Assembly: GCF_000015145.1 (NCBI RefSeq)
Contig: NC_008818.1
Span: 180,001 to 212,000, forward strand
Source: Hyperthermus butylicus DSM 5456
GTDB taxonomy: Archaea > Thermoproteota > Thermoprotei_A > Sulfolobales > Pyrodictiaceae
Direction: 5' to 3'
Length of the DNA: 32,000 nucleotides
Below, one piece after another: positions 1 to 7,787 of this stretch. How positions within the stretch are numbered: the first letter of the stretch is position 1; the number at the start of each line of letters is the position of its first letter. Under the pieces are notes generated by a model. It ran no database searches. It was not told the DNA's origin and worked only from the letters and a program-made list of their open reading frames with translations. The position numbers and the translations under genes are program-made.

Positions 1-736
1 CGTAGGGTTCGAGGAGGGCGATGCTGGTAACCACTGCGGTGGGATAGAAGGCTAGCGCGTAGTTGAGCATTGTGTGGCCGAGAAGCATGGGGACAAGGCC
101 TAGGGCTATAAGGTATGGTATACTCCCGCGGGGCGGGCTCCAAGCCTTAACCCCTGCTGCAGCAGCATATACAGCGACGGCCAGGAAGGCAGCAGTATAG
201 ACAACAGCTGTGTACTCGAGTGTAGAGACGCCACGTACACGCAGCCTCCTACCAAGCAGGAAGTAGGCAGTAGCAGCTACGGCAGCGGAGAATGCCATCA
301 AGGCCCCCAGCATGGTAGCTCCAGCCCAGGGGGTAGATAGGATAGCCACGCCCGAGAAACCCAGAACAACACCTAGAACCATGCGTGGAGTAGCACTACG
401 CTCAACCAGAGCCTCATAGGCAGCAGCGATCACCGGGTACGATACAACAATACCTGTCGAAGAAGCAACACTGGCATGGCGCAAACTCTCAAGCCACAGG
501 GCTAGGTGGGCAGCGAGCAGAACCCCCGCTGGGAGACTACGAACGGCAACAGAGCTGCGAGGCAAACGCCCAACAATAGCAGACGCGGCAAGTGTGACAA
601 GGCTTCCAACGAGGAGCCTCCACCAAGCAGCGGTAACACCGTCAACTCCAGCAAGTCGTGCCAAGGGGGCAGCAGTAGAGATACCAAACAATGCCACCAG
701 CAGAGCAGCCCACGGCGCCAGCAAAACCCAGCCCAA
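1..736 (-). CDS. EamA/DMT-family membrane transporter, partial (C-terminus runs off the window start)
   Basis: Not in the ORF track because it is edge-truncated. My own minus-strand translation is open from 742 to 1: AGLGWVLLAPWAALLVALFGISTAAPLARLAGVDGVTAAWWRLLVGSL ... ALAFYPTAVVTSIALLEPY. It is strongly hydrophobic, multi-helix, Ala/Leu/Gly-rich and EamA-like. An in-frame stop lies at 743-745. There is no ATG; start candidates are TTG 736, TTG 724 or GTG 697. Confidence 0.7.
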   Translation of the reverse strand, partial: MGWVLLAPWAALLVALFGISTAAPLARLAGVDGVTAAWWRLLVGSLVTLAASAIVGRLPRSSVAVRSLPAGVLLAAHLALWLESLRHASVASSTGIVVSYPVIAAAYEALVERSATPRMVLGVVLGFSGVAILSTPWAGATMLGALMAFSAAVAATAYFLLGRRLRVRGVSTLEYTAVVYTAAFLAVAVYAAAAGVKAWSPPRGSIPYLIALGLVPMLLGHTMLNYALAFYPTAVVTSIALLEPY

Positions 737-1064
737 ACCCGCCTAGAAGGAATCACACAGCATTATTAGGGTATTAGCCATATACCGCATCTCCTGGATG
801 GCTATGGAGGCTCTAAGAGGTGTTGGCGGAGCATATGGTATCAACAGTGTTGCTGAGGCATCCAAGGCTATTATAGAGAGGCGAGGCTGAATAGAGGGAA
901 GGAAACTGGCAATCGACGAGATAGTACTCCTACTCCCTGACCTGGCTCGCAGCAAGATATGGAGCCTAGGAGAGGAGTTGTGGAGGGTCAATCCGGGGAA
1001 TAGGGGATGTGAGAAGACGGGCTGCCCCAGGGATAGAGGGACGGCCTAGGGAGCGGAGCCGGCC

Positions 1065-1298
1065 ATGAACACTACCAGTCTCCTAAGCCGTGGCGCTAGC
1101 CGTCTAAGGCTTGCAGTGCTCATCCAGTTAGCGGGGTATACGGGGCTAGTACTCGCCATCAACCTCTACAATATGCATGTTGAGGACCTGGCGAAGAAGG
1201 GCATAATTCTGATCACGGGCCAAGGCGTAGGATGGGTCTTCGCCTTCGAAACCATATCGTTCATCATCGGGCTAGCCTCATACTTTGCTAGTCCTTGA
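1065..1298 (+). CDS. small hypothetical membrane protein (2 predicted TM helices)
   Basis: ATG ORF of 77 aa with hydrophobic stretches (LAVLIQLAGYTGLVLAINL and GWVFAFETISFIIGLASYF). It overlaps the next ORF by 14 nt in another frame. Confidence 0.45.
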   Translation: MNTTSLLSRGASRLRLAVLIQLAGYTGLVLAINLYNMHVEDLAKKGIILITGQGVGWVFAFETISFIIGLASYFASP

Positions 1299-1701
1299 CG
1301 GGTTCCGCGACCTTGAAGCATACAGGCCGGGAGTCTTCAGGGTGGGGATAGCAGCTGCATACACGCTACTCGCCTCGCTAGCAGTGACAGTCACGGGCCT
1401 AGCAGTCCTCTGGCTCTCCGAGGCCACGGGAGTGGCGGGATTTGAACATATTGGATGTTGGATAACAGCCTTCACACACATAGGCCAGCCAGCGGGAACA
1501 GCCCTAATGTATGCTGGGCTATGGAGACTTGGCAGTATAGTCCAGGTAGACGCTCTGAAGGCGGCAGCAGTGGCATGGATAACCGGTGTGACACTCACAC
1601 TGCTAGACGTGGTTACCGTTGGAGCATTCCTGCTGGCAGCGGCCTACCTGCTCGCCGTGCTAGGCCTAACAATAGCGTCAAAGAGCGCCAGCATAGGCTA
1701 G
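1285..1701 (+). CDS. hypothetical membrane protein (about 4 TM helices); possibly the 3' part of a frameshifted single gene together with 1065..1298
   Basis: TTG-start ORF of 138 aa containing several long hydrophobic segments. Its frame only opens at 1276, just before the upstream ORF stops at 1298. Confidence 0.5.
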   Translation: MLVLDGFRDLEAYRPGVFRVGIAAAYTLLASLAVTVTGLAVLWLSEATGVAGFEHIGCWITAFTHIGQPAGTALMYAGLWRLGSIVQVDALKAAAVAWITGVTLTLLDVVTVGAFLLAAAYLLAVLGLTIASKSASIG

Positions 1702-1741
1702 TACACGGGCCCATCCAAGACCATCAGGTGAGGGGAATGAA

Positions 1742-1975
1742 ATGCTCCAGGAGGATGAGGCTGTCGATGATGTGGTCTGGGAGAGTATCCAGGGGCGGGC
1801 CCTGGAACAGTACCGGGGCAACTACGTGGTTATCGCTGGCGGTGAGGTGCAAGGGGTCTATGACACCCTTGAGGAGGTAGTGCAGCGTACATGTGAGCCG
1901 TGGACGATAGGACGCAGCTGCATCTTGTTGGTAGGGCTCGGCATGGACAACACCAGCTGTGGTGAGGGAGAGTAG
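1742..1975 (+). CDS. small DUF5678-like protein
   Basis: 77 aa. The core 'LEQYRGNYVVIAGGEVQGVYDTLEEVVQR' matches the '..YrGkWVAi.dGkVv..gdsleEv..' pattern of this small archaeal family. GGTGA lies about 10 nt upstream of the ATG. Confidence 0.55.
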   Translation: MLQEDEAVDDVVWESIQGRALEQYRGNYVVIAGGEVQGVYDTLEEVVQRTCEPWTIGRSCILLVGLGMDNTSCGEGE

Positions 1976-2048
1976 CTCGGGGAAGCATGGAGAGGACAGC
2001 GTATAGTAGTGCTGGGCCTGCGTTAGTAGCGTCCGCGAGTCCTATCCC

Positions 2049-2396
2049 GTGCTACGGCTTCGGCTCTACAGTGTGGCCCTCAGGGAGTACGGGGTTGTAG
2101 TGTTCCAGGTTGGCGCTGGCTATGAGGGCCAGTTAATGCTGCCCCGTGGCAACCACTGGTTCCTCATGGTGGGGGAGCTGCCTCGGAGCCCGTGGCGCGC
2201 ATATGGCAGCCCAGCCAGCATGGCAGCTGTGAAGGTTGCACACGCAGTAGTCGAGGTTGCTGGTAGGCGGCTGGAGACGTATGTAGAATCGCCGCTCCAT
2301 TGTGGGGGCATGCGCCTGGCTGGCAGGGAGCTGCTCAACATGCTCAAATTGCTCCTCGACGGGCCGGCCGGGAGGACATGCATACAGCTCGGCTAG
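2049..2396 (+). CDS. retropepsin-like (clan AA, AF_0612-type) protein with the catalytic Asp motif replaced
   Basis: 115 aa with a GTG start. Its layout, '..VVVFQVGAGYEGQLMLP .. AVVEVAGRRLETYVES .. LAGRELLNMLKLLLDGPAGRTCIQL', parallels 'alvDTGFdG.l.lP ... v.v.g ... llG..lL....l.iD...g.l.l'. GAGY sits where DTGF is expected. Confidence 0.5.
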   Translation: MLRLRLYSVALREYGVVVFQVGAGYEGQLMLPRGNHWFLMVGELPRSPWRAYGSPASMAAVKVAHAVVEVAGRRLETYVESPLHCGGMRLAGRELLNMLKLLLDGPAGRTCIQLG

Positions 2397-2832
2397 ATGC
2401 TGGCCAGCGCATCCACGGGTGGACTGGTGCATCAACTCGTGTACGCCCACGTATACTCTAGCCAGGCGCTAAAAGGTTAGAGGAGGATAGTACACGGCTG
2501 TCCCGCTAGGGGAGCTAGCCCGGAGAGACCGGCCACGCATGGCTACGCGGCGAGAGGTATCATCCACGGCCACGGCTAACAGGTACGCATAGCTGCTTAT
2601 CTCGGCTTGCAGCCGTGGAACCTGTTCGCGGAGCCTGATACGCAGCTCCTGGTGCAGCCTAGCTAGCCCCCCAGGGCCAGCGGGCGATAGCCGCGCCACG
2701 CGGGGTAACACTCATTGTGATGGTTTACCTGTCAGCTTCGAGGCAATGGTAGTAACACAGCGGTTAATATGGTGAGTGGGGTGCAAGCTGTAGGATTTAT
2801 GAAATAGTTTGTGTACAAGCTAAAATTTTGGG

Positions 2833-3714
2833 TTAGGCTTTTTCTAGGGCCTCCTTGACCAGGCGTGGTATCTCGCTGAGGGAGCGGGCGACCCTGGCTC
2901 CCGCCTTCTCCAGCGCCCGGACCTTGTCCTCGTAGCGGCCGGTACCCATCATGATTATTGCTCCGGCGTGGCCCATCCTCTTGCCCGGTGGGGCGGTGCG
3001 CCCAGCTATGAAGGCTACTACGGGTTTTGTGAAGCGGCCTTCCTCTATCATTCTCGCCGCTCTCTCCTCCATATCGCCGCCTATCTCGCCGATCAGCACC
3101 AGTACCTTGGTCTCGGGGTCCCGCTCGAATAGCTCCATCGCCTCTGTGAAGGACAAGCCGACGATGGGGTCGCCGCCTATGCCGACTACTGTGCTCTGGC
3201 CTATGCCGCTCCTAGTCAGCGCGTAGGCTATCTCGTAGGTGAGCGTGCCGCTTCGGGACACGATGCCTACGGGGCCTGGCGTAAAGACCCTGCCCGGCAT
3301 TATACCTATCTTGGTCTTGCCGGGGGAGATTATGCCTGGGCAGTTGGGGCCTATGATAACCGTGCCCCTCTGCCTGGCGTAGTTTACAAACCTCATGGTC
3401 TCGTGGACGGGTATATGCTCGGTAATCACCACCACGAGCTTCAACCCGGCGTCGATGGCCTCGTATACTGCGTCGGGTGCGAAGCGTGCCGGTACAAACA
3501 CTATGCTGGCATTAGCGTCCGGGTGCTCCTCCAGCGCTTCCTCGACGGTATCGTATACGGGTACCCCGTGAACCTCCATGCCGCCCTTACCGGGGGTTAC
3601 ACCCGCGACTATCTTAGTGCCATACTCTAGCATCAGCTTTGTGTGGAAGCTGCCCTCGCGCCCAGTTATACCCTGCACGATAACCCTAGTGTTCTCATCC
3701 GCGAGTATCGCCAC
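2833..3714 (-). CDS. sucD: succinyl-CoA synthetase (ADP-forming) alpha subunit
   Basis: 293 aa. The N-terminus '[35 protein letters not shown]', the segment 'SRSGTLTYE' and the phospho-His loop 'MGHAGAII' are canonical SucD motifs. Confidence 0.95.
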   Translation of the reverse strand: MAILADENTRVIVQGITGREGSFHTKLMLEYGTKIVAGVTPGKGGMEVHGVPVYDTVEEALEEHPDANASIVFVPARFAPDAVYEAIDAGLKLVVVITEHIPVHETMRFVNYARQRGTVIIGPNCPGIISPGKTKIGIMPGRVFTPGPVGIVSRSGTLTYEIAYALTRSGIGQSTVVGIGGDPIVGLSFTEAMELFERDPETKVLVLIGEIGGDMEERAARMIEEGRFTKPVVAFIAGRTAPPGKRMGHAGAIIMMGTGRYEDKVRALEKAGARVARSLSEIPRLVKEALEKA

Positions 3715-3749
3715 GACAACCCACCCCCCAGGTTGTGGTTCACGTACAC

Positions 3750-4883
3750 CTAGAGGGATATGATGCGCTTGACAGCCTCGAATGGGTCGTCAAAAGCTTC
3801 TATACCGTGTTCCCTGAGTATTCGGCGGCCCTCCTCCTCGTTGGTGCCCGTTAGCCTTATCACAATGGGCTTCCTCAGTCCTCCAGCCTCCTTGATAGCT
3901 TCGACAACGCCCCTAGCAACCTCGTCGCAGCGGGTTATTCCGCCGAAGATGTTTATGAATATCTTTCTTGCCTTGGGGTACTCGAAGAGGAACAACACAG
4001 CCCTCTTCACGGCCTCGGCGCTTGCGCCACCGCCTATGTCGAGGAAGTTTGCCGGTCTGCCACCATGCTCGTATACGAGGTCCATGGTTGCCATTGTTAG
4101 GCCTGCACCGTTCCCTATGATTCCTATGTCGCCGTCAAGCTCTACAAAGGCTAGGCCCTGCCTCCTAGCCTTTATCTCCCACTCGCTATACTCGCCGGTC
4201 TCTTCGATGTCCTTGGCTAGCTCCTGGTGCCTGTAGAGCGCATTATCGTCGACAATTATCCTTGCGTCGAGAGGGATCACCTTGTCGCCGACGAGGCCCA
4301 GCGGGTTAGACTCCACGAGTTCCGCGTCATAATCCACGAATACCTGGTACATTGCCTGCAGGAAGGCTGCAAAGCTCGTCAGTGCCCTGCCACTGAGGCC
4401 TATAGCCTTGCCCAGCTTTCTAGCGTGGTAGCCCCGCAGGCCTAGCACGGGGTCAACGTGCATTCTTATGATGCTCTCCGGTTTCTCCCGCGCAATCTCC
4501 TCAATATCCATGCCGCCGTACCTGGATACCAGGACTACAGGCCTCCTCTTGCTACGATCAAGCGTGATAGCAGTGTAGAGCTCCGCCTCATGCTCAACAG
4601 CCTTCTCAACCAGTATGTAGCGTGGCTTAAGCCCCTTGATAGGGGTCTCAAACAGCTCCCCAACCAGCCTAACAGCCTCATCGATGGAATTGGCCCTCCT
4701 TATGCCGCCAGCCTTGCCGCGGCCAGCTACGAGAACCTGGCTCTTAACCATGAGAGGCGGCTCCAGCCCCGCCTCGAGGATCTTCTCCCGGGCATCCTCG
4801 CCCCGGGCAATAACGACGCCTGGCGGTACATCGGCACCATACTTCCTCAAAATCTCCTTTGCCTCGAACTCGAATAGCTTCAA
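3750..4883 (-). CDS. sucC: succinyl-CoA synthetase beta subunit (ATP-grasp)
   Basis: The ORF is open to GTG 4904, but TTG at 4883 gives the canonical '[16 protein letters not shown]' N-terminus. The C-terminus contains '[19 protein letters not shown]'. It lies 35 nt upstream of sucD on the same strand. Confidence 0.92.
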   Translation of the reverse strand: MKLFEFEAKEILRKYGADVPPGVVIARGEDAREKILEAGLEPPLMVKSQVLVAGRGKAGGIRRANSIDEAVRLVGELFETPIKGLKPRYILVEKAVEHEAELYTAITLDRSKRRPVVLVSRYGGMDIEEIAREKPESIIRMHVDPVLGLRGYHARKLGKAIGLSGRALTSFAAFLQAMYQVFVDYDAELVESNPLGLVGDKVIPLDARIIVDDNALYRHQELAKDIEETGEYSEWEIKARRQGLAFVELDGDIGIIGNGAGLTMATMDLVYEHGGRPANFLDIGGGASAEAVKRAVLFLFEYPKARKIFINIFGGITRCDEVARGVVEAIKEAGGLRKPIVIRLTGTNEEEGRRILREHGIEAFDDPFEAVKRIISL

Positions 4884-4999
4884 GGCCCAGCCAACACCCC
4901 ACACTACCCAAGAGAAGGCTATGGTCGCTTTTGGATCCTCAGCACCGTTATGTCCTAGTCCAGGTTCGCTGGTATTTATGGAGATTTATGGTTTAGGAG

Positions 5000-5450
5000 T
5001 AGCGTGGAGCAGGCAGTATCGCCGGGCGGGATAGGAGCTAGCTATCTAGAGCCCACAGCAAGTCCGGGCGCTCAAACAGGTAACACCGACGGGGGGACAG
5101 GGCGCAACGAGTAGAACCCGCTCCACACCAGCCAAGCCGGCATATCGGCGTGATGGCGGGCGATGGCTCGGCATGCAAACGGCCCGGCTGGTAGGTCGGT
5201 GGCGTAATCCCAGGCCGTGCCCACGAGGCGGAGGGTTACGTGGCGGCTCGGTGAAGTTAACTGCCGGTTAACTTTCCGCCCAGTAGAGTTAACCCCCTCC
5301 ACGGACAAGCCGACCCGCAGCCCAGCCAACCCCATCGCGATGGCAGCCGCAGCCCTGCAGGCAGCATATACAGTGCCCTCGCACCTATGCATGCAGACAG
5401 GCTTTACCGGCACGGGTACGCGAATAGCTAGGCTGCGCCGCCCAGAGCCC
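5000..5450 (+). ncRNA. candidate structured RNA; best guess RNase P RNA. The family, the boundaries and even the strand are uncertain.
   Basis: This is a 680-bp gap without a credible ORF; both track ORFs here look non-protein-like. GC is about 62-70%. Plus-strand motifs seen:
- AAGUCCGGGC (5060-5069), an exact match to the core of the RNase P CR-I/P4 5' strand.
- A complement, GCCCGGCU (5182-5189), giving 8 bp with U5063 bulged.
- CAGGUAACACC (5077-5087), compared with bacterial P8 CAGGUAACGCC.
- ACAGGCUUUA (5397-5406), CR-V-like.
Pairings seen:
- End complementarity of 5024-5029/5438-5443 (GGGCGG/CCGCCC) and 5038-5045/5424-5431 (CUAGCUAU/AUAGCUAG).
- A long irregular hairpin at 5186-5327 with apex AAGUUAAC-UGCCG-GUUAACUU (5254-5274).
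TATA-like GTATTTATGG/GATTTATGG sits at about 4970-4990. Confidence 0.4.
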
Positions 5451-5582
5451 CAGCCCCACAGATCCTGCCCCTCTGCCCTTGTGGGGGCGGCCGGGAGTTC
5501 AAGATGATTCGTTGTGGTTAGAAGCTAGTAGCTAACAGGGACCCGGTAGACATCACACCATGCAATGTAGCGTTGACGGGTT

Positions 5583-5996
5583 CTAGCTGCCTTGCTCTAT
5601 CCTTAACGGTATAAACCATATGCGGTCTATTCCCTGTATCTTCCGTAGAGCCTTCACTAGGGCTTGTATCTCGTTCCATGTAGACTCGACTACAGCTATG
5701 TTAAGGCACCAGCTCCCCTCAAGTAGCTGGTGATAGAATGATTTAATGATTGTTTGAAAGGAGTGTATAGTGTTTATCACTTTCTGGTCTACCGATGGTT
5801 TAATCTCGTGGTTTGTTAGTATCACTACTATGGCGTAGATTTTCCCGGTAAATGTTTCCTGGGGGAATCTCTGGGATAGGTACTCCCTCAGCGCCTCCCT
5901 TATAAGCTCGGACCTACTGGTATAACCGTACTTCTCAATGTACTCATCTACCTTATCCAGTAGGTTATTCGGCAACGAGATACTTATTACAGCCAT
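5583..5996 (-). CDS. nikR: NikR-family ribbon-helix-helix metalloregulator
   Basis: 137 aa. The N-terminal RHH is 'ISISLPNNLLDKVDEYIEKYGYTSRSELIREALREYL'. It is followed by a C-terminal ACT-like domain with His/Cys candidates (TNHE, IHSF, FYHQLLEGSWC). The gene lies in a ~40-45% GC segment. Confidence 0.8.
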   Translation of the reverse strand: MAVISISLPNNLLDKVDEYIEKYGYTSRSELIREALREYLSQRFPQETFTGKIYAIVVILTNHEIKPSVDQKVINTIHSFQTIIKSFYHQLLEGSWCLNIAVVESTWNEIQALVKALRKIQGIDRIWFIPLRIEQGS

Positions 5997-6057
5997 TATC
6001 CAGCCTCGCCTCTGCGCCTAGGTCATATAGTAGCATTGATGTTGCGGGTTAATAACC

Positions 6058-6106
6058 CTTATATAATAGCTCTAGCTCGCCTTAATAAGAGGACTTATTA
6101 TATAAG
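6058..6106. promoter_or_regulatory. divergent nikR/ATPase promoter region with nested inverted repeats and TATA-like boxes
   Basis: CTTATATAA (6058-6066) and TTATATAAG (6098-6106) form a perfect 9-bp inverted repeat. Inside it, TAATAAG-AGGA-CTTATTA (6083-6100) is a 7-bp palindrome. The right-hand box is about 20-25 nt upstream of the ATPase TTG/GTG start, which implies a leaderless transcript. Confidence 0.4.
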
Positions 6107-6123
6107 CCTGGCTGTCGTTATGT

Positions 6124-7717
6124 TTGGTGAAGACGGTGGCAAAGCATGGTGTTGACGAGCAGCATGTGCATGATGCTGACGAGGTACCATTGTTCTGGAT
6201 AGTTGTTGGTGTTGTAAGTATAGCTATGTTAGTTGCATCCGCTGCTGGCTTACACTACCATATCATGGACTATGCGCTGCTATTGCTGTCCTTGGCTATA
6301 CTGTCTAGGATGGCTAAGGTGTTGATAAGTAAACGTCGAATTACAGTAGATGTTCCAGTTGACGGTGTAATAGTTGATGGTGGATCAGTATTCGATACCT
6401 CCTATGTAACTGGTGAACCAGAACCAGTACCCCTAGGTAAGGGCGACTACGTTGTAAGCGGCTACATCAATAAGGCTAGGCTCGTAAGGATAAGGGCTCT
6501 AAAGAGGCCTAGTGAATCGCTTCTCCAGCTGCTCATAGTTGAAGCAGAGAAAGCGTTGGAGAGAAAAGCATCACTACAAAGATTTATTGAGAGGTTCTCA
6601 CAGCCATATACGCTTCTAGTGCTCGGGATATTTGGTTTAGCTCTCCTAGCACTATCTCCCTACAGAGCACTAGCTATACTGCTCGCAGGGTGTCCCAGTG
6701 CGTTCATAATCTCGTCTAGTACAGCAACAGCTCTCTCAATAGCACTTCTCGCCAGGAAATCAACAGTGGTTAGGGGTGGTAGAGCCTTAGAAGAGCTAAG
6801 TAGGGTTAAAGTAATGGTATTTGATAAGACTGGCACAATAACGCTAGGCGAAATGAGGATTACCAGGGTAGAGTCATTCAACGGTTTTAGTAGAGATGAG
6901 GTGCTGCTCTATGCTGGGGGTGCAGCGAAGGCAAGTGACCACCCGGTAGCAAGGGTTCTAGCAAAGCACAGGCTTACACCATTGAGTGCTGAAGAGTATC
7001 CTGGGAAGGGCGTAAAAGCAGTAGTGGATGGCGCACACGTATACTTGGGCTCGAGGAAGTTCTTAGAGGAACAAGGTGTTGATGTAAGCGCCTTGGATCA
7101 AAGTGTTTGCGGTGATGGGGAGAGGGAGGTATATGTAGCAGTAGACGGTGCTCTTGCTGGAATAGTGTGCATGGAGGAGGAGGTTTCCGAGAAAGTCAGG
7201 AGGGTATTAGACGCAATTAGGAGGGATGGGTTGAAGGTAGTTATAGCTAGTGGTGATAGAGTTGATAGAGTCAAGAGGATAGCCGAGTACCTAGGAGTAA
7301 ACGAGTACTTCGGCGAGCTGAGCCCAGGTGATAAGAGGAGGCTAGTTATAGATCTACGAGACAGGTATGGTAAGGTAGCCTTCGTAGGTGATGGTATTAA
7401 TGATGTTGAAGCGTTAGCGGAAGCAGATGTAGGAATAGCTGTTGGGAGCCTATGTATAGTCTCAAACATAGGCGACGTAGTACTGCCTAGGGGTACTGCC
7501 TAGGGGTATAGACACTATACCCCTACTCATAAAGCATGCTAGGAAATATATGAAGTCGATATACTTGTCAATAGCGTTGGCTGTAACGATCAAGCTTCTA
7601 GCTATAGCGCTAGGTATAATGGGTTCGATCCCGCTATGGGTTATAGTAGGAATAGGGGATGACGGTGCTACACTAGTAGCGCTAGGTGTTATAGCCGCTC
7701 TCCTCTCAAGGCAGTAA
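6124..7717 (+). pseudogene. short P1B-type (heavy-metal) P-type ATPase, frameshifted near the 3' end by a 13-bp tandem duplication
   Basis: Motifs present are TGEP (actuator), CPS (TM metal site, where CPC/SPC is usual), DKTGT, an 'SDHPVA' HP motif and GDGINDV. The ORF stops at 7501-7503. The missing last TM hairpin, IDTIPLLIKHARKYMKSIYLSIALAVTIKLLAIALGIMGSIPLWVIVGIGDDGATLVALGVIAALLSRQ*, continues in the +1 frame to 7717. There is no N-terminal metal-binding domain and only 2 TM helices precede the actuator. Confidence 0.85.
7481..7506 (+). repeat. perfect tandem duplication, 2 x TACTGCCTAGGGG (13 bp)
   Basis: Read directly from the sequence: 7481-7493 equals 7494-7506. Deleting one copy joins '..GDVVLPRG' to 'IDTIPLL..' in frame. 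Confidence 0.95.
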
Positions 7718-7787
7718 CAGACTCCTCACACGTTCTTTACACTGGAGGCTTAGGGGACTTACACTACTAGAGTATCGTAGTACTGTG

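Noticed and set aside
2120-2450. Minus-strand ORFs 2120-2383 and 2133-2450
   Set aside because: They are antisense to the retropepsin-like ORF, which has the recognisable family layout. Their composition is shadow-like.
2469-2711. 80-aa GTG-start minus-strand ORF downstream of the retropepsin-like gene
   Set aside because: It has no motif, an Arg/Ser/Pro-rich tail and no visible promoter or Shine-Dalgarno sequence. Support is insufficient to call it a gene, although a small real protein cannot be excluded.
5072-5507. ORFs 5072-5413 (-) and 5217-5507 (+) as protein genes
   Set aside because: The sequences are not protein-like (Arg/Ala/Pro/Cys-rich with no motifs). The region is dominated by long-range base-pairing, so it is treated as an RNA candidate instead.
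7602-7641. GGGTTCGATCCCGC, a perfect tRNA T-arm-like sequence that might mark a tRNA fragment or att site at the edge of the low-GC island
   Set aside because: It encodes 'MGSIPLW' within the conserved last TM segment of the ATPase. No matching acceptor, D or anticodon arms lie upstream, so it is judged coincidental.
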